Of a stretch of 64,000 nucleotides of DNA, positions 10,285-19,130 are shown one piece after another. The position numbers and the translations under genes are program-made. The notes below the pieces were generated by a model. That model ran no database searches. It was not told where the DNA came from and saw only the letters and a list, made by a program, of their open reading frames with translations. Within the stretch, counting starts at the first letter, position 1, and every line of letters starts with the position of its first letter. This stretch comes from a candidate division WOR-3 bacterium (GTDB lineage: Bacteria > Hydrothermota > Tepidihabitantia > Tepidihabitantales > Tepidihabitantaceae): contig CBFGJX010000005.1 of the NCBI GenBank assembly GCA_965649225.1, positions 49,243 through 113,242 on the forward strand, given 5' to 3'.

Positions 10285-11634
10285 ATGAATGCCGTTGAAC
10301 TGATCCGACGCAAACGCGACCGCGGCCGCTACTCGGCCGGAGAACTGGAATGGCTGATGGCTGAGTTTGCGGCCGGGAATATCCCCGATTACCAGATGGC
10401 GGCGTGGCTGATGGCAGTATGCCTCAGGGGTATGACGGTTGAGGAAACCGTGGCGCTGACGGCAGCAATGATGAAATCAGGGGAGGTGCTGGACCTTTCG
10501 GCGCTGCCCGGTCCGAAGGTAGACAAACACTCCACCGGTGGCGTCGGAGACAAGGTGTCGCTGGTGCTGGCGCCGATGGTGGCTGCCTGCGATGTGCTGG
10601 TGCCGATGATATCGGGCCGGGCGCTGGGACATACCGGTGGCACGCTGGATAAACTGGCAGCGATTCCCGGCTTCCGAACCGACCTCAGCCCGACTGCCTT
10701 CCGCCGGTGTCTGGAGATGGCCGGGCTGGCGATCGTCGGCCAGTCGGAACGGATCTGCCCGGTTGACCGGCGGCTGTATGCGCTGCGGGATGTCACCGCC
10801 ACCGTCGAATCGGCACCGTTGATTGCGGCCAGCATCATGAGCAAGAAACTGGCAGAGGGTATCGATGGGCTGGTGCTGGATGTCAAGGCCGGTTCGGGTG
10901 CCTTCTGTGCCAAAGTCAGTCAGGCGCGGCGGCTGGGACGGTTGATGATGGCGATTGGTGCCCGACTGGGGAAACCGGTGCGGGCGCTGGTCACGGCGAT
11001 GTGGCAGCCGCTCGGGCGCAGCGTCGGCAATGCGGTTGAGGTGATTGAGGCGATTGATGCCCTGAAGGGCAAGTGGGCGGATGACCTGGCCGAGGTCAGT
11101 CTGGCACTGGGAGAGCAGATGCTGGTGCTTTCCGGCCGGGCGCGCAGCGAAGTTCAGGCTCGCCGTCAGCTGCTGCGGGCACTTTCGTCCGGGCGGGCAC
11201 TGGAGCGTTTCCGGGCGATGGTCAGGGCGCAGGGCGGTGACCCCGCCGTGGTTGACAACCCCGGGGTGTTGATCGAACGGGCCCACCGGGTCGAGGTCTG
11301 TGCGGCGAGTCCGGGCTGGGTGCGGTCGATCGACGCGCTGCGTGTCGGTCTGATTGGCGTCGAACTGGGAATCGGCCGGCTGAAAGTCGATGCGACGGTC
11401 GATGCCGCCGCCGGTTTTATCTTTCACCGCAAGGCCGGCGACCGGGTGGCGAAGGGTGAGTTGCTGGTCGAGGTGCTTGGTTCGGATTGCGACCGGGTTG
11501 CAGCGGCAGCGGCGGCGGTCGCCCGGGCGATAGTCATCGGGCCGGTGGCACCCAGGCCGGTCGGGGCAGTCTGTGCGCGGCTGAGTGGCAATGGCGGCGC
11601 GGGGGTTGGTCAGCGGCGGAATACTGGACGGTGA
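10285..11634 (+). CDS. pdp: Pyrimidine-nucleoside/thymidine phosphorylase
   Basis: MNAVELIRRKRD, VDKHSTGGVGDK, MISGRALGHTGGTLDKL, SIMSKKLAEG, LDVKAGSGAF. Confidence 0.95.
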   Translation: MNAVELIRRKRDRGRYSAGELEWLMAEFAAGNIPDYQMAAWLMAVCLRGMTVEETVALTAAMMKSGEVLDLSALPGPKVDKHSTGGVGDKVSLVLAPMVAACDVLVPMISGRALGHTGGTLDKLAAIPGFRTDLSPTAFRRCLEMAGLAIVGQSERICPVDRRLYALRDVTATVESAPLIAASIMSKKLAEGIDGLVLDVKAGSGAFCAKVSQARRLGRLMMAIGARLGKPVRALVTAMWQPLGRSVGNAVEVIEAIDALKGKWADDLAEVSLALGEQMLVLSGRARSEVQARRQLLRALSSGRALERFRAMVRAQGGDPAVVDNPGVLIERAHRVEVCAASPGWVRSIDALRVGLIGVELGIGRLKVDATVDAAAGFIFHRKAGDRVAKGELLVEVLGSDCDRVAAAAAAVARAIVIGPVAPRPVGAVCARLSGNGGAGVGQRRNTGR

Positions 11635-11647
11635 GGAAAGGAGCGAA

Positions 11648-12016
11648 GTGGGCCGCAACGAAGGTAAGCTTGACACACTGATTGGTCCGGAGACAATCGT
11701 CAAGGGTGACCTGCGGGTCGGGGGCAGTCTGCGACTGGAAGGACAGATCGAAGGTCGGGTTGATGTTGCCGAGACACTGCAAACCGGTTCGCGGTCACTG
11801 CTGAAGGGTGAAGTCCATGCCCGGGAGTGTATCATCGCCGGCAGGGTCGAGGGCGACATTCATTCGTCGGAAAACACCGAGCTGCAGAGCGGAGCGAATG
11901 TCCGCGGCAACATCTACTGTAAAGGGCTGGTGATTCAGCGTGACTGCATTTTCCAGGGCAGTTGCTCGATGGCAGTGGCGGCCGATGACGCTGCCGGCAG
12001 TCGGCAGCAGGGTTAG
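11648..12016 (+). CDS. Bactofilin / polymer-forming cytoskeletal protein
   Basis: TLIGPETIVKGDL, LRLEGQIEG, IIAGRVEGDI, VRGNI...FQGSCSM beta-helix pattern; GTG start with AGGAG SD. Confidence 0.9.
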   Translation: MGRNEGKLDTLIGPETIVKGDLRVGGSLRLEGQIEGRVDVAETLQTGSRSLLKGEVHARECIIAGRVEGDIHSSENTELQSGANVRGNIYCKGLVIQRDCIFQGSCSMAVAADDAAGSRQQG

Positions 12017-12053
12017 TCGTGGCGCTGGTGATTGCTGGCGAAGGGAGTGATGA

Positions 12054-12803
12054 ATGGTACCAATTGATCTTTCCGGCCGGAAGGCGATAGTGACCGGTGC
12101 CGGGGCCGGGATAGGTCGGGAGATCGCCACCGCGTTTGCCCGGGCCGGAGCCGCGGTGTGGGTGTGTGACATTGCCGAGGCGGCGGCCCGGCAGTGTGCT
12201 GAAGAGATTACCGCCGCCGGCGGAGTTGCCCGTTGGGGTACAGTGGATGTGGCCGATTCGGCAGCGGTTGAGCAGGTGGTTGCTGCCGCGCTGGCCGAGT
12301 TTGGCAGTGTCGACATCCTCGTTAACAATGCCGGCATCACCCGTGACAATCTGATGCTGCGGATGAGCGATGAGGACTTCGACCGCGTTCTGAGCGTGAA
12401 TCTGCGCGGGGCGTTCTATTTCACCCGGGCCGTCGCACGGCCGATGATGAAGAACCGCTGGGGCAGGATTGTCAATATCAGTTCGGTGATCGGGCAGATG
12501 GGCAACGCCGGACAGGCCAACTACGCTGCGGCCAAGGCCGGTTTGATCGGTCTGACCAAGTCGGCGGCGCGGGAACTGGCGCCGCGCGGGATCAATGTCA
12601 ATGCCGTCGCCCCCGGATTCATTGCTACGGCGATGACCGAGAAGCTCGACCCGAAAGTCCGCGAGGCGTATGTCAGCGCGCTGCCGTTGAAAAGGGCCGG
12701 CGTTCCGGCTGATGTCGCCGGGGCGTGTCTGTTCCTGGTTTCACCGCTGGCCGACTACATTACCGGGCAGGTTATCCGGGTTGATGGCGGCATGCTGATG
12801 TAG
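12054..12803 (+). CDS. fabG: 3-oxoacyl-ACP reductase FabG
   Basis: TGAGAGIG, VNNAGITRDNL, GNAGQANYAAAKAG, ITGQVIRVDGG. Confidence 0.93.
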   Translation: MVPIDLSGRKAIVTGAGAGIGREIATAFARAGAAVWVCDIAEAAARQCAEEITAAGGVARWGTVDVADSAAVEQVVAAALAEFGSVDILVNNAGITRDNLMLRMSDEDFDRVLSVNLRGAFYFTRAVARPMMKNRWGRIVNISSVIGQMGNAGQANYAAAKAGLIGLTKSAARELAPRGINVNAVAPGFIATAMTEKLDPKVREAYVSALPLKRAGVPADVAGACLFLVSPLADYITGQVIRVDGGMLM

Positions 12804-12832
12804 CGGCAGAACACCGACGGCAGGGGGAAGGA

Positions 12833-15511
12833 GTGGATTCGAACCGGCAGGTGCAAGCGGCGGCGACCAGCTCCGGTATCATTGAACGATTCGAAGAGAT
12901 ACTCGCGGCCGACGCGCAGAAGCTGGTCGATGAGGAAAGCCGGCTGACGGCGCTCGAGGAGGCGCTGAATCTGGCCCGGCAGATCGATGACCCGGAGCGG
13001 GTCTGTCGGGCGGCAATCCGCATGTGCAACTGCTACTGGGCGCGCTGCGACTACGCGGCGTTCGAACGGATGCTGCAGCTGCTCGGCGCGACGGTCGGCC
13101 GCACCGACAACCCTCGTCTCCACGGCAGTTACTGCTACCTGCGGGTTGGCTGGTTGAATGCCGCCGACCGCTATCAGGAGGCAGAGCAGGCCGCGCGGGA
13201 GTGCATCCGGCACTGGACCGCGGTCGGCTACCAGGAAGGGCTGGCGGTGCTCTATGACGCAATGGGTTCGACGGCGCTGATGCGTGGTCAGGCCGCCGAA
13301 GCGCTGCGCTACTATCAGCTGTCGTTCGAGAACACTCCCCCCGAGGATATTCGCAGTCTGGCTCTCAGCCACGATAACATTTGTCTGGCGCTGACACAGC
13401 TCGGGCGGTGGGAAGATGCCGTCGAGTCGGCCTATCACGGACTGGCACTGGCCGAGCAGGCCGACATTCCCTACGTCCTGGTCGTCTCCCAGCAGCTGCT
13501 GGGAGACCTGTTTCTGCGCCGTGACCGGCCGGCGAAAGCGATTGAAGTTTACCGAACGGTGATCGATACCGCTCAGCGGCACAATGTCGGGGCCGACTAT
13601 GCCCGCGAGGCAGTGCTGGGGATGACTGATGCCTATCTGCGGCAGGGTGACTGGGCCAAGGCGGAGCAGTTGTTGAACGAGCACGAACGGCTGCTGCTTG
13701 ATGTCGGGCGACCGTACTGGCGGGTGCGGGTGCTGACGAGACGGGCGTTGACCGCTCTGGCCGGCGGGCGGATTGATGAGGCGCAGTCTTCCGCCCGGGA
13801 AGCGGTTGAACTGGCCGCCAGTCACAGTCTTGTCACCGAAGAGGCCGAGGCCCGGCGGGTGCTCGCTTCGGTACATGCCACTGCCGGTCAGGAGCGAGTG
13901 GCGCTGGCGTGTCTCGACGATGCCGCACGGTTGCTGGCGACACGCGAAGACAGCTATGAGCTTGCCCGGGTCCGGATGGAGAAGGGGATGCTGCTGCTCA
14001 GGCTGGGCAATGAGGCAGAGGGGCGCGAATTGCTGCAGACAGCCGGGCGGGTATTCCGGCGACTGGCGGTGACCGCTGAGTACAGCGAGGTGAGCAAGGC
14101 ACTGCTGCGGCTGGAGCTGGAATCAGACCACGACCTTGCGCTGCTGAAGGGTGTTTCCGGGCTGGTTTCACTCGGACTCGACCCGGCGGTTTTTGTCACC
14201 CGGGTGATCGAACTGATGATGGAGGCGCTGGATTTTTCTGCCGGAGTGCTGCTGGTTGGAGGACGGCCGACGGCAGTTGTCGGCAGTCCGGACCTTGCCG
14301 CGGCGAGACTGGGTGCGGAATCGGTCGAGGCGGTCTGGGATGCGCGGTCGCTGACGTTGCCGGTGAACTTTCAGGGTCGGCGGCTCGGCTGTTTCTATCT
14401 TGATCGGCCGCAACCCGGAGGCAGAGAGCCACGGTCGATTGTGCTGGATACACTGGCAAGTCTGCTGGGACCGATGGTGCAGCGTCTGGCCGAGATCAAC
14501 GCCAGCGTTACTGACGTTGTCGGTGAAAATCAGGAACTCGCCAGCCTGCGTTTTGGCGGTGTTGTCGGCCGCAGCCCGGCAATGCGCAGGGTGCTGGCGG
14601 TTGTTGCCCGGGTTGCCAGTACTCAGGTGCCGGTCTTGATCCGGGGTGAAAGCGGCACCGGCAAGGAGCTGGTGGCGCGGGCGCTGCATGATTCGGGCCC
14701 GAGAGCCGGTCGTCCGTTTGTCGCGGTGAACTGTGCCGCGCTGCCGGAATCACTGATGGAGGCAGAGCTGTTTGGGGTTGAATCCGGTACTGCAACCGGT
14801 GTTGATGCCCGCCGGGGCCGCTTCGAGCAGGCAGAGGGGGGGACGGTGTTTCTGGATGAGATCGCCGAAATGAGCCCCCGCCTGCAGGCAAAACTGCTGC
14901 GGGTGATTCAGCAGCGGGAACTGGAAAGGGTCGGGGGACGGACGCCGCGGCGGCTTGATATCCGGCTGGTTGCGGCCACCAATGCCGACATCGGCAGTCT
15001 GCTGGCGGCGGGTCGGTTCCGGGCCGACCTTTACTACCGGCTGAACACGGTTGAGCTGACGCTGCCCGCACTGCGCGAACGCAAAGAGGATATTCCCGAA
15101 CTGGTAGGGTTTTTCATCCGCCGGGCCGACGAAGAGTACGGTCGGAGTGTCGCCGGTTGCGAGGCGGCGGCGATGGCCGCGCTGTGCAACTATGACTGGC
15201 CGGGGAATATCCGGGAACTGCAGCATGTTGTCGAGCGGGCGGTGATTCTCGCCCGGGGCAGCGCGATAACTCTTGATACCCTGCCGCCAGCAATCCGAGA
15301 GGGAGGTCACCCGCGGACGGGAGATTCGGACTCGGCGGCTGATGAGGCTGACGCCGCGCTTATCCGACAGTGTCTTGAGCAGTCGGGCTGGAACGTTCCC
15401 GAAGCGGCCCGGCTTGCCGGTTACAGCCGGGCGCAGTTCTACCGGTTGATGCGGCGTTACGGAATCAGCCGGCCGGAAGGCCAGCGGCGGCGTCGCGACC
15501 GCAGGGTCTGA
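12833..15511 (+). CDS. sigma54-interacting-type transcriptional regulator: TPR repeats + GAF-like + AAA+ + Fis HTH
   Basis: GESGTGKEL, VAVNCAALP, FLDEIAE, QAKLLRV, FRADLYYRL, WPGNIREL, AARLAGYSRAQFYR; about 420 aa of TPR helices at the N-terminus. Confidence 0.92.
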   Translation: MDSNRQVQAAATSSGIIERFEEILAADAQKLVDEESRLTALEEALNLARQIDDPERVCRAAIRMCNCYWARCDYAAFERMLQLLGATVGRTDNPRLHGSYCYLRVGWLNAADRYQEAEQAARECIRHWTAVGYQEGLAVLYDAMGSTALMRGQAAEALRYYQLSFENTPPEDIRSLALSHDNICLALTQLGRWEDAVESAYHGLALAEQADIPYVLVVSQQLLGDLFLRRDRPAKAIEVYRTVIDTAQRHNVGADYAREAVLGMTDAYLRQGDWAKAEQLLNEHERLLLDVGRPYWRVRVLTRRALTALAGGRIDEAQSSAREAVELAASHSLVTEEAEARRVLASVHATAGQERVALACLDDAARLLATREDSYELARVRMEKGMLLLRLGNEAEGRELLQTAGRVFRRLAVTAEYSEVSKALLRLELESDHDLALLKGVSGLVSLGLDPAVFVTRVIELMMEALDFSAGVLLVGGRPTAVVGSPDLAAARLGAESVEAVWDARSLTLPVNFQGRRLGCFYLDRPQPGGREPRSIVLDTLASLLGPMVQRLAEINASVTDVVGENQELASLRFGGVVGRSPAMRRVLAVVARVASTQVPVLIRGESGTGKELVARALHDSGPRAGRPFVAVNCAALPESLMEAELFGVESGTATGVDARRGRFEQAEGGTVFLDEIAEMSPRLQAKLLRVIQQRELERVGGRTPRRLDIRLVAATNADIGSLLAAGRFRADLYYRLNTVELTLPALRERKEDIPELVGFFIRRADEEYGRSVAGCEAAAMAALCNYDWPGNIRELQHVVERAVILARGSAITLDTLPPAIREGGHPRTGDSDSAADEADAALIRQCLEQSGWNVPEAARLAGYSRAQFYRLMRRYGISRPEGQRRRRDRRV

Positions 15512-15550
15512 ACGGCGCTGCCGGCACGGCCGGTGGGCGGACGGCGACGG

Positions 15551-18500
15551 TTATCGTGCCAGCCGCGCAGTGAGCAGTCTTGTCCAGTTCGGCCCGGCCA
15601 ACCGGACAAAGTAAGTGCCAGCGGGCAGGCGGTCGGGCTGCCAGTAAACAACTTCACCGGCCGGCGCGCCCGAGCGGCCCGGTTCCGCAATCAGCCGGCC
15701 GGTGGCGTCGAAGACCTGGACTGTCAATGGGCGGTCGACCCCGGTCGGCAGCCGGATGGCAAGGACCCGGCGGAAGGGGTTGGGCCACAGGACTGCTTCG
15801 GTCGGTCGCGGCTGTGCCGGACGGGTTTCTTCCAGTCCGACATTGGCGTCGTACCAGTTCTGGGCCCGATTGCAGGCATCGCGCAGCTGGAGCGAGTCGG
15901 CGGCACCGAGCAGGGCGAAAGCCACCCGGCGGCGGCCGCCGGGCGGCAGGGTTATCGGGCCGGCGGAAACGACAACCGACCAGTCGTAGGGCCGGTCGGC
16001 GGCAGCGCTGCCAAGCGCGCCGGTCAGCAACCGGTACTTCATGTCTTCGCTCAAAGCCGAGTCAGGATTGACATAGCGGGCGTGGTCAACGCAGACCGTT
16101 GACGCGGTGCCGTCAGCGGCGAGCAGTTTGATTCCAACCCAGCGGTTCGGTGACTGGATATTGCGCATCCAGGCCGCCTGCAGCTCAGGCAGCGTGCCGG
16201 CGATGTCGTGCAGACGGTCGGTGGCGACGACATCGAAGTCAGCCATGATTCCGCCGTAGCCGGTGATTGATTCGCTGGCAGAGTTGAAGATGTCGTAGAT
16301 CAGCACCACCCAGTTCCGTGCGTCGGCGACGGCAGCGGCAAGCGCGTGCTGGCTGACGGTGATGCCGACCGGTGTCGGATGGCCGTTGTCGGAGAAGGCG
16401 GCCGAGTAGCGGATGTCGCCCCCCCAGGTTGGCTGTCGCACAAAGAGACTTTCGACAAGCTGCCAGTCGGTATCAGGGTTACGACGCCGGCCGTAGAAGC
16501 GGTCGATTACCTGTTGTGGACCGGCGGCGAATACAAACGAGGCAGTGCGCAGGGTTGAGGTGTCAGTCTTGGGGTAGCGAAAACCGCGTCCGGGCCGTTC
16601 CGATTCCCGGTCCCAGCCAAGAGTGCCGCGGGCAGTCAGGGTGAGTGCGACATCGCCGGTGTCGAGTTCGGCGGTAGTCCGGCCGGGCCAGCCGATTGGC
16701 AGTTCAAAACCGGTTTCCCAGCGGCCGTCCCGGGCCTGGATTATCAGCTCGAACTCGGCGGTAGAGCCGGGCAGGATGCCGGACAGCGCGGTCACTTCGG
16801 CAATCCGAACCGAGCTGGATTCGCCAGCGGCGATGGTGCCGACAGCGGCGGTGGTGTCGGAGAGCCGGATGCCGGTCGTTATCGGCCGGAACGAGAGCCG
16901 GCAGTCGGTTGCACCGGCATTGCCGGAATTGACCAGCGTCAGCCAGAGCGCCGCGATTTCACCCGGTTCCAGAATCGAATTGGGGTTGCGTTGGCCGGCG
17001 TCGTCGATTGCGACACGCGACAAGACAATATGCGGGAGCGGTTCGCCGGCCTGAACCGTAATTGTCCGGTAAGCCGGTCGGCAGTCGTGAGCGGTGACGG
17101 TGACGCTGAGCGGGCCGGCGGTGGCCGGTCGGACCGTCAGCACTGCCCGGCCGGTGCTGTCGGTCCGGGCCCGGGCGTAGGTTTCGTCGGTCTTCCAGGC
17201 GCAGACCAGTGCTCCGCGCAGGGGCTGTCCGGAAGCGGTGACCGAGATTTCCAGCAGGCGGGAACCGGTCGCAATCGAGTCGGGGCAGCTGAGCACCGGC
17301 AGCGGCGGCGGTTTGGTCCAGATGTCAATCGCCGGGTCACCGAAAAGGTTGAACTCGGTCAGACACCAGCGCCAGAGCGCGTCGTAGCGGGCGGCGGCAG
17401 CATATTCCTCCCGCGAGCGGCTGTGGCAATCACCGAGTACGGTTGCGCGGCGTGCGAGCAGATAGTCGTAGAAGCGGGCACAGAGTTTTTCCGATGGCCC
17501 GAAGTAGGGCGGGGTTCCCCAGCCGTAGCGCGAGTTCATCATCACCGCGATGCAGCCGCCGTCCGGACGGTTGTGGGCCAGTTCGGCAAGGCAGTCTTCG
17601 TATTCGAAGTTGCCCGGCGTGCAGGCAAGCGATGTCATGATGCTGTAGCGGCGGCGGTTGCGTTGATTGCGGGCCTGACTGGCAGTGTAGATCGGGGTGC
17701 CGTCTTCGTCGTAGACGCCCTGCTCGTTGCCGTGGCCGGCCGGGTCGAACAGTGCAAAGCCGTTGTCGAGCGATTCGGCGACCACCTGAGCCCCGGGCGG
17801 GTTGACCAGTGCGACGTCGATCCAGCCGGAGGGGGTGAAGCCGGCGATGGTATCGTTGAGGAACCGGCCGTGGTAGTTCAGCGAACGCCACAGCCAGCCT
17901 GATGGCAGCAGCGCCTTCTGGATGAACACCGAATCGGGGTCGTCTTCATAGCTGGAGACCTTGTTCAGGAAGGTTTCGATTTCGTCCAGTCGGTCGACCG
18001 AGACCCGGCCGAGAAGGACGTCGCTGTAGAGGTCGACCGAGTCGCCCATCTCGCCATAGCGGCCGTTGCGGTTGGAGTCCCAGGACCAGTCGAGGTCAGC
18101 GTAGTACAGGTCGGTCGGAATCTCGCCCTGTTCACTGCCGACCGTGACATGAATCCGGCGGCAGGGAATGACCGAATTGTCGCCGGCAAGAATGACATAA
18201 ACCAGACCGCGGTGTTCGTGCCAGTCGCGGATGAAGTTGCGAATTCGTTCCTGAAGGTCAGCGCCGGGATAGTTGCGTTCGATCCACTCGACCGACCTGA
18301 TTTCGGTCGGAATGCCGCGCCGGGTGCGGCGGACACGATGGGGTTCGAGTGCGGAGGCGAAGCGGGCAGCGGTAATGATGACGCAGTTGACTTCAGCGGC
18401 GTCGGTGACGGCGGTGGCGGGGGCAAAGCGGACAATGTCAGCCGGGTTGACAACAAGGCTCTTCAGCCCCTGGCCGATGAGTGCCGCCTGCTGAGTTGTC

Positions 18501-19045
18501 CGGGCAGTGGTGGCGGGTCCGGGTTCGTAGTTGAAATCGACAACCATCTGCGAGCAGAGTTCCAGTGTGCCCGCGGCCGGCCGATAGCGCAGCGGTGCGA
18601 CCAGCACACCGGCAACCGTGTAGCCGCCGGCACTGCCCTGGCTGGGCGGGCGATGCAGAGCCGCCGGCCAGACCGCTGCTGAATAGGCTGTCGGGTCCGG
18701 CTCGACGAATGCCAACGGTGCGGCCGAGATTGGCCGGGGGAGCTGAGCCGGGCAGATGCGATAGCTGCCGGGCAGCCGGGTCCAGACGAGCGGCGTTATG
18801 CTGACTCCGGTCAGACGGGCACCGGCCGGCAGCAGGCAGGTGACCGGCAGCTCGGGCAGGGCCGGCTCGCCCGGTCGGGCGAGGGTAATGCCGCGTTCCA
18901 GCTCGACGACATCGTATCCGGCGGCACGACGGTGCTGCAATTCTGACGGGTCAACGGTGATTTTTGCCGTGATGGTGCCGGCGGTGGCCAGCGCGGACAG
19001 CACGGTCAGTGTGGCGATCAGCACGATTTTCAGTTGTCGATACAT
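15551..19045 (-). CDS. Secreted C25 (gingipain-family) cysteine peptidase with propeptide and T9SS-like CTD
   Basis: Signal peptide, PGEPALP propeptide, DLQERIRNFI, PTDLYYADLD, catalytic AGHG and SLAC, FNLFGDP, C-terminal WPNPF...LPAGTYFVRL. Confidence 0.92.
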   Translation of the reverse strand: MYRQLKIVLIATLTVLSALATAGTITAKITVDPSELQHRRAAGYDVVELERGITLARPGEPALPELPVTCLLPAGARLTGVSITPLVWTRLPGSYRICPAQLPRPISAAPLAFVEPDPTAYSAAVWPAALHRPPSQGSAGGYTVAGVLVAPLRYRPAAGTLELCSQMVVDFNYEPGPATTARTTQQAALIGQGLKSLVVNPADIVRFAPATAVTDAAEVNCVIITAARFASALEPHRVRRTRRGIPTEIRSVEWIERNYPGADLQERIRNFIRDWHEHRGLVYVILAGDNSVIPCRRIHVTVGSEQGEIPTDLYYADLDWSWDSNRNGRYGEMGDSVDLYSDVLLGRVSVDRLDEIETFLNKVSSYEDDPDSVFIQKALLPSGWLWRSLNYHGRFLNDTIAGFTPSGWIDVALVNPPGAQVVAESLDNGFALFDPAGHGNEQGVYDEDGTPIYTASQARNQRNRRRYSIMTSLACTPGNFEYEDCLAELAHNRPDGGCIAVMMNSRYGWGTPPYFGPSEKLCARFYDYLLARRATVLGDCHSRSREEYAAAARYDALWRWCLTEFNLFGDPAIDIWTKPPPLPVLSCPDSIATGSRLLEISVTASGQPLRGALVCAWKTDETYARARTDSTGRAVLTVRPATAGPLSVTVTAHDCRPAYRTITVQAGEPLPHIVLSRVAIDDAGQRNPNSILEPGEIAALWLTLVNSGNAGATDCRLSFRPITTGIRLSDTTAAVGTIAAGESSSVRIAEVTALSGILPGSTAEFELIIQARDGRWETGFELPIGWPGRTTAELDTGDVALTLTARGTLGWDRESERPGRGFRYPKTDTSTLRTASFVFAAGPQQVIDRFYGRRRNPDTDWQLVESLFVRQPTWGGDIRYSAAFSDNGHPTPVGITVSQHALAAAVADARNWVVLIYDIFNSASESITGYGGIMADFDVVATDRLHDIAGTLPELQAAWMRNIQSPNRWVGIKLLAADGTASTVCVDHARYVNPDSALSEDMKYRLLTGALGSAAADRPYDWSVVVSAGPITLPPGGRRRVAFALLGAADSLQLRDACNRAQNWYDANVGLEETRPAQPRPTEAVLWPNPFRRVLAIRLPTGVDRPLTVQVFDATGRLIAEPGRSGAPAGEVVYWQPDRLPAGTYFVRLAGPNWTRLLTARLAR

Positions 19046-19130
19046 CGGGAGAGTTTACCGGCCGGTGCCCGGTTGGCAAGGAGAAGCCGGCCAGGTTTGA
19101 CAGCGGTGATGAGCCGCTTAGATTTTCTGT
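19046..19130. promoter_or_regulatory. Back-to-back promoters, both predicting leaderless mRNAs (C25 gene and TPR gene)
   Basis: Minus TTGCCA(19079-19074)-N16-TAAACT(19057-19052)-N6-ATG; plus TTGACA(19097-19102)-N16-TAGATT(19119-19124)-N6-GTG. Confidence 0.7.
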
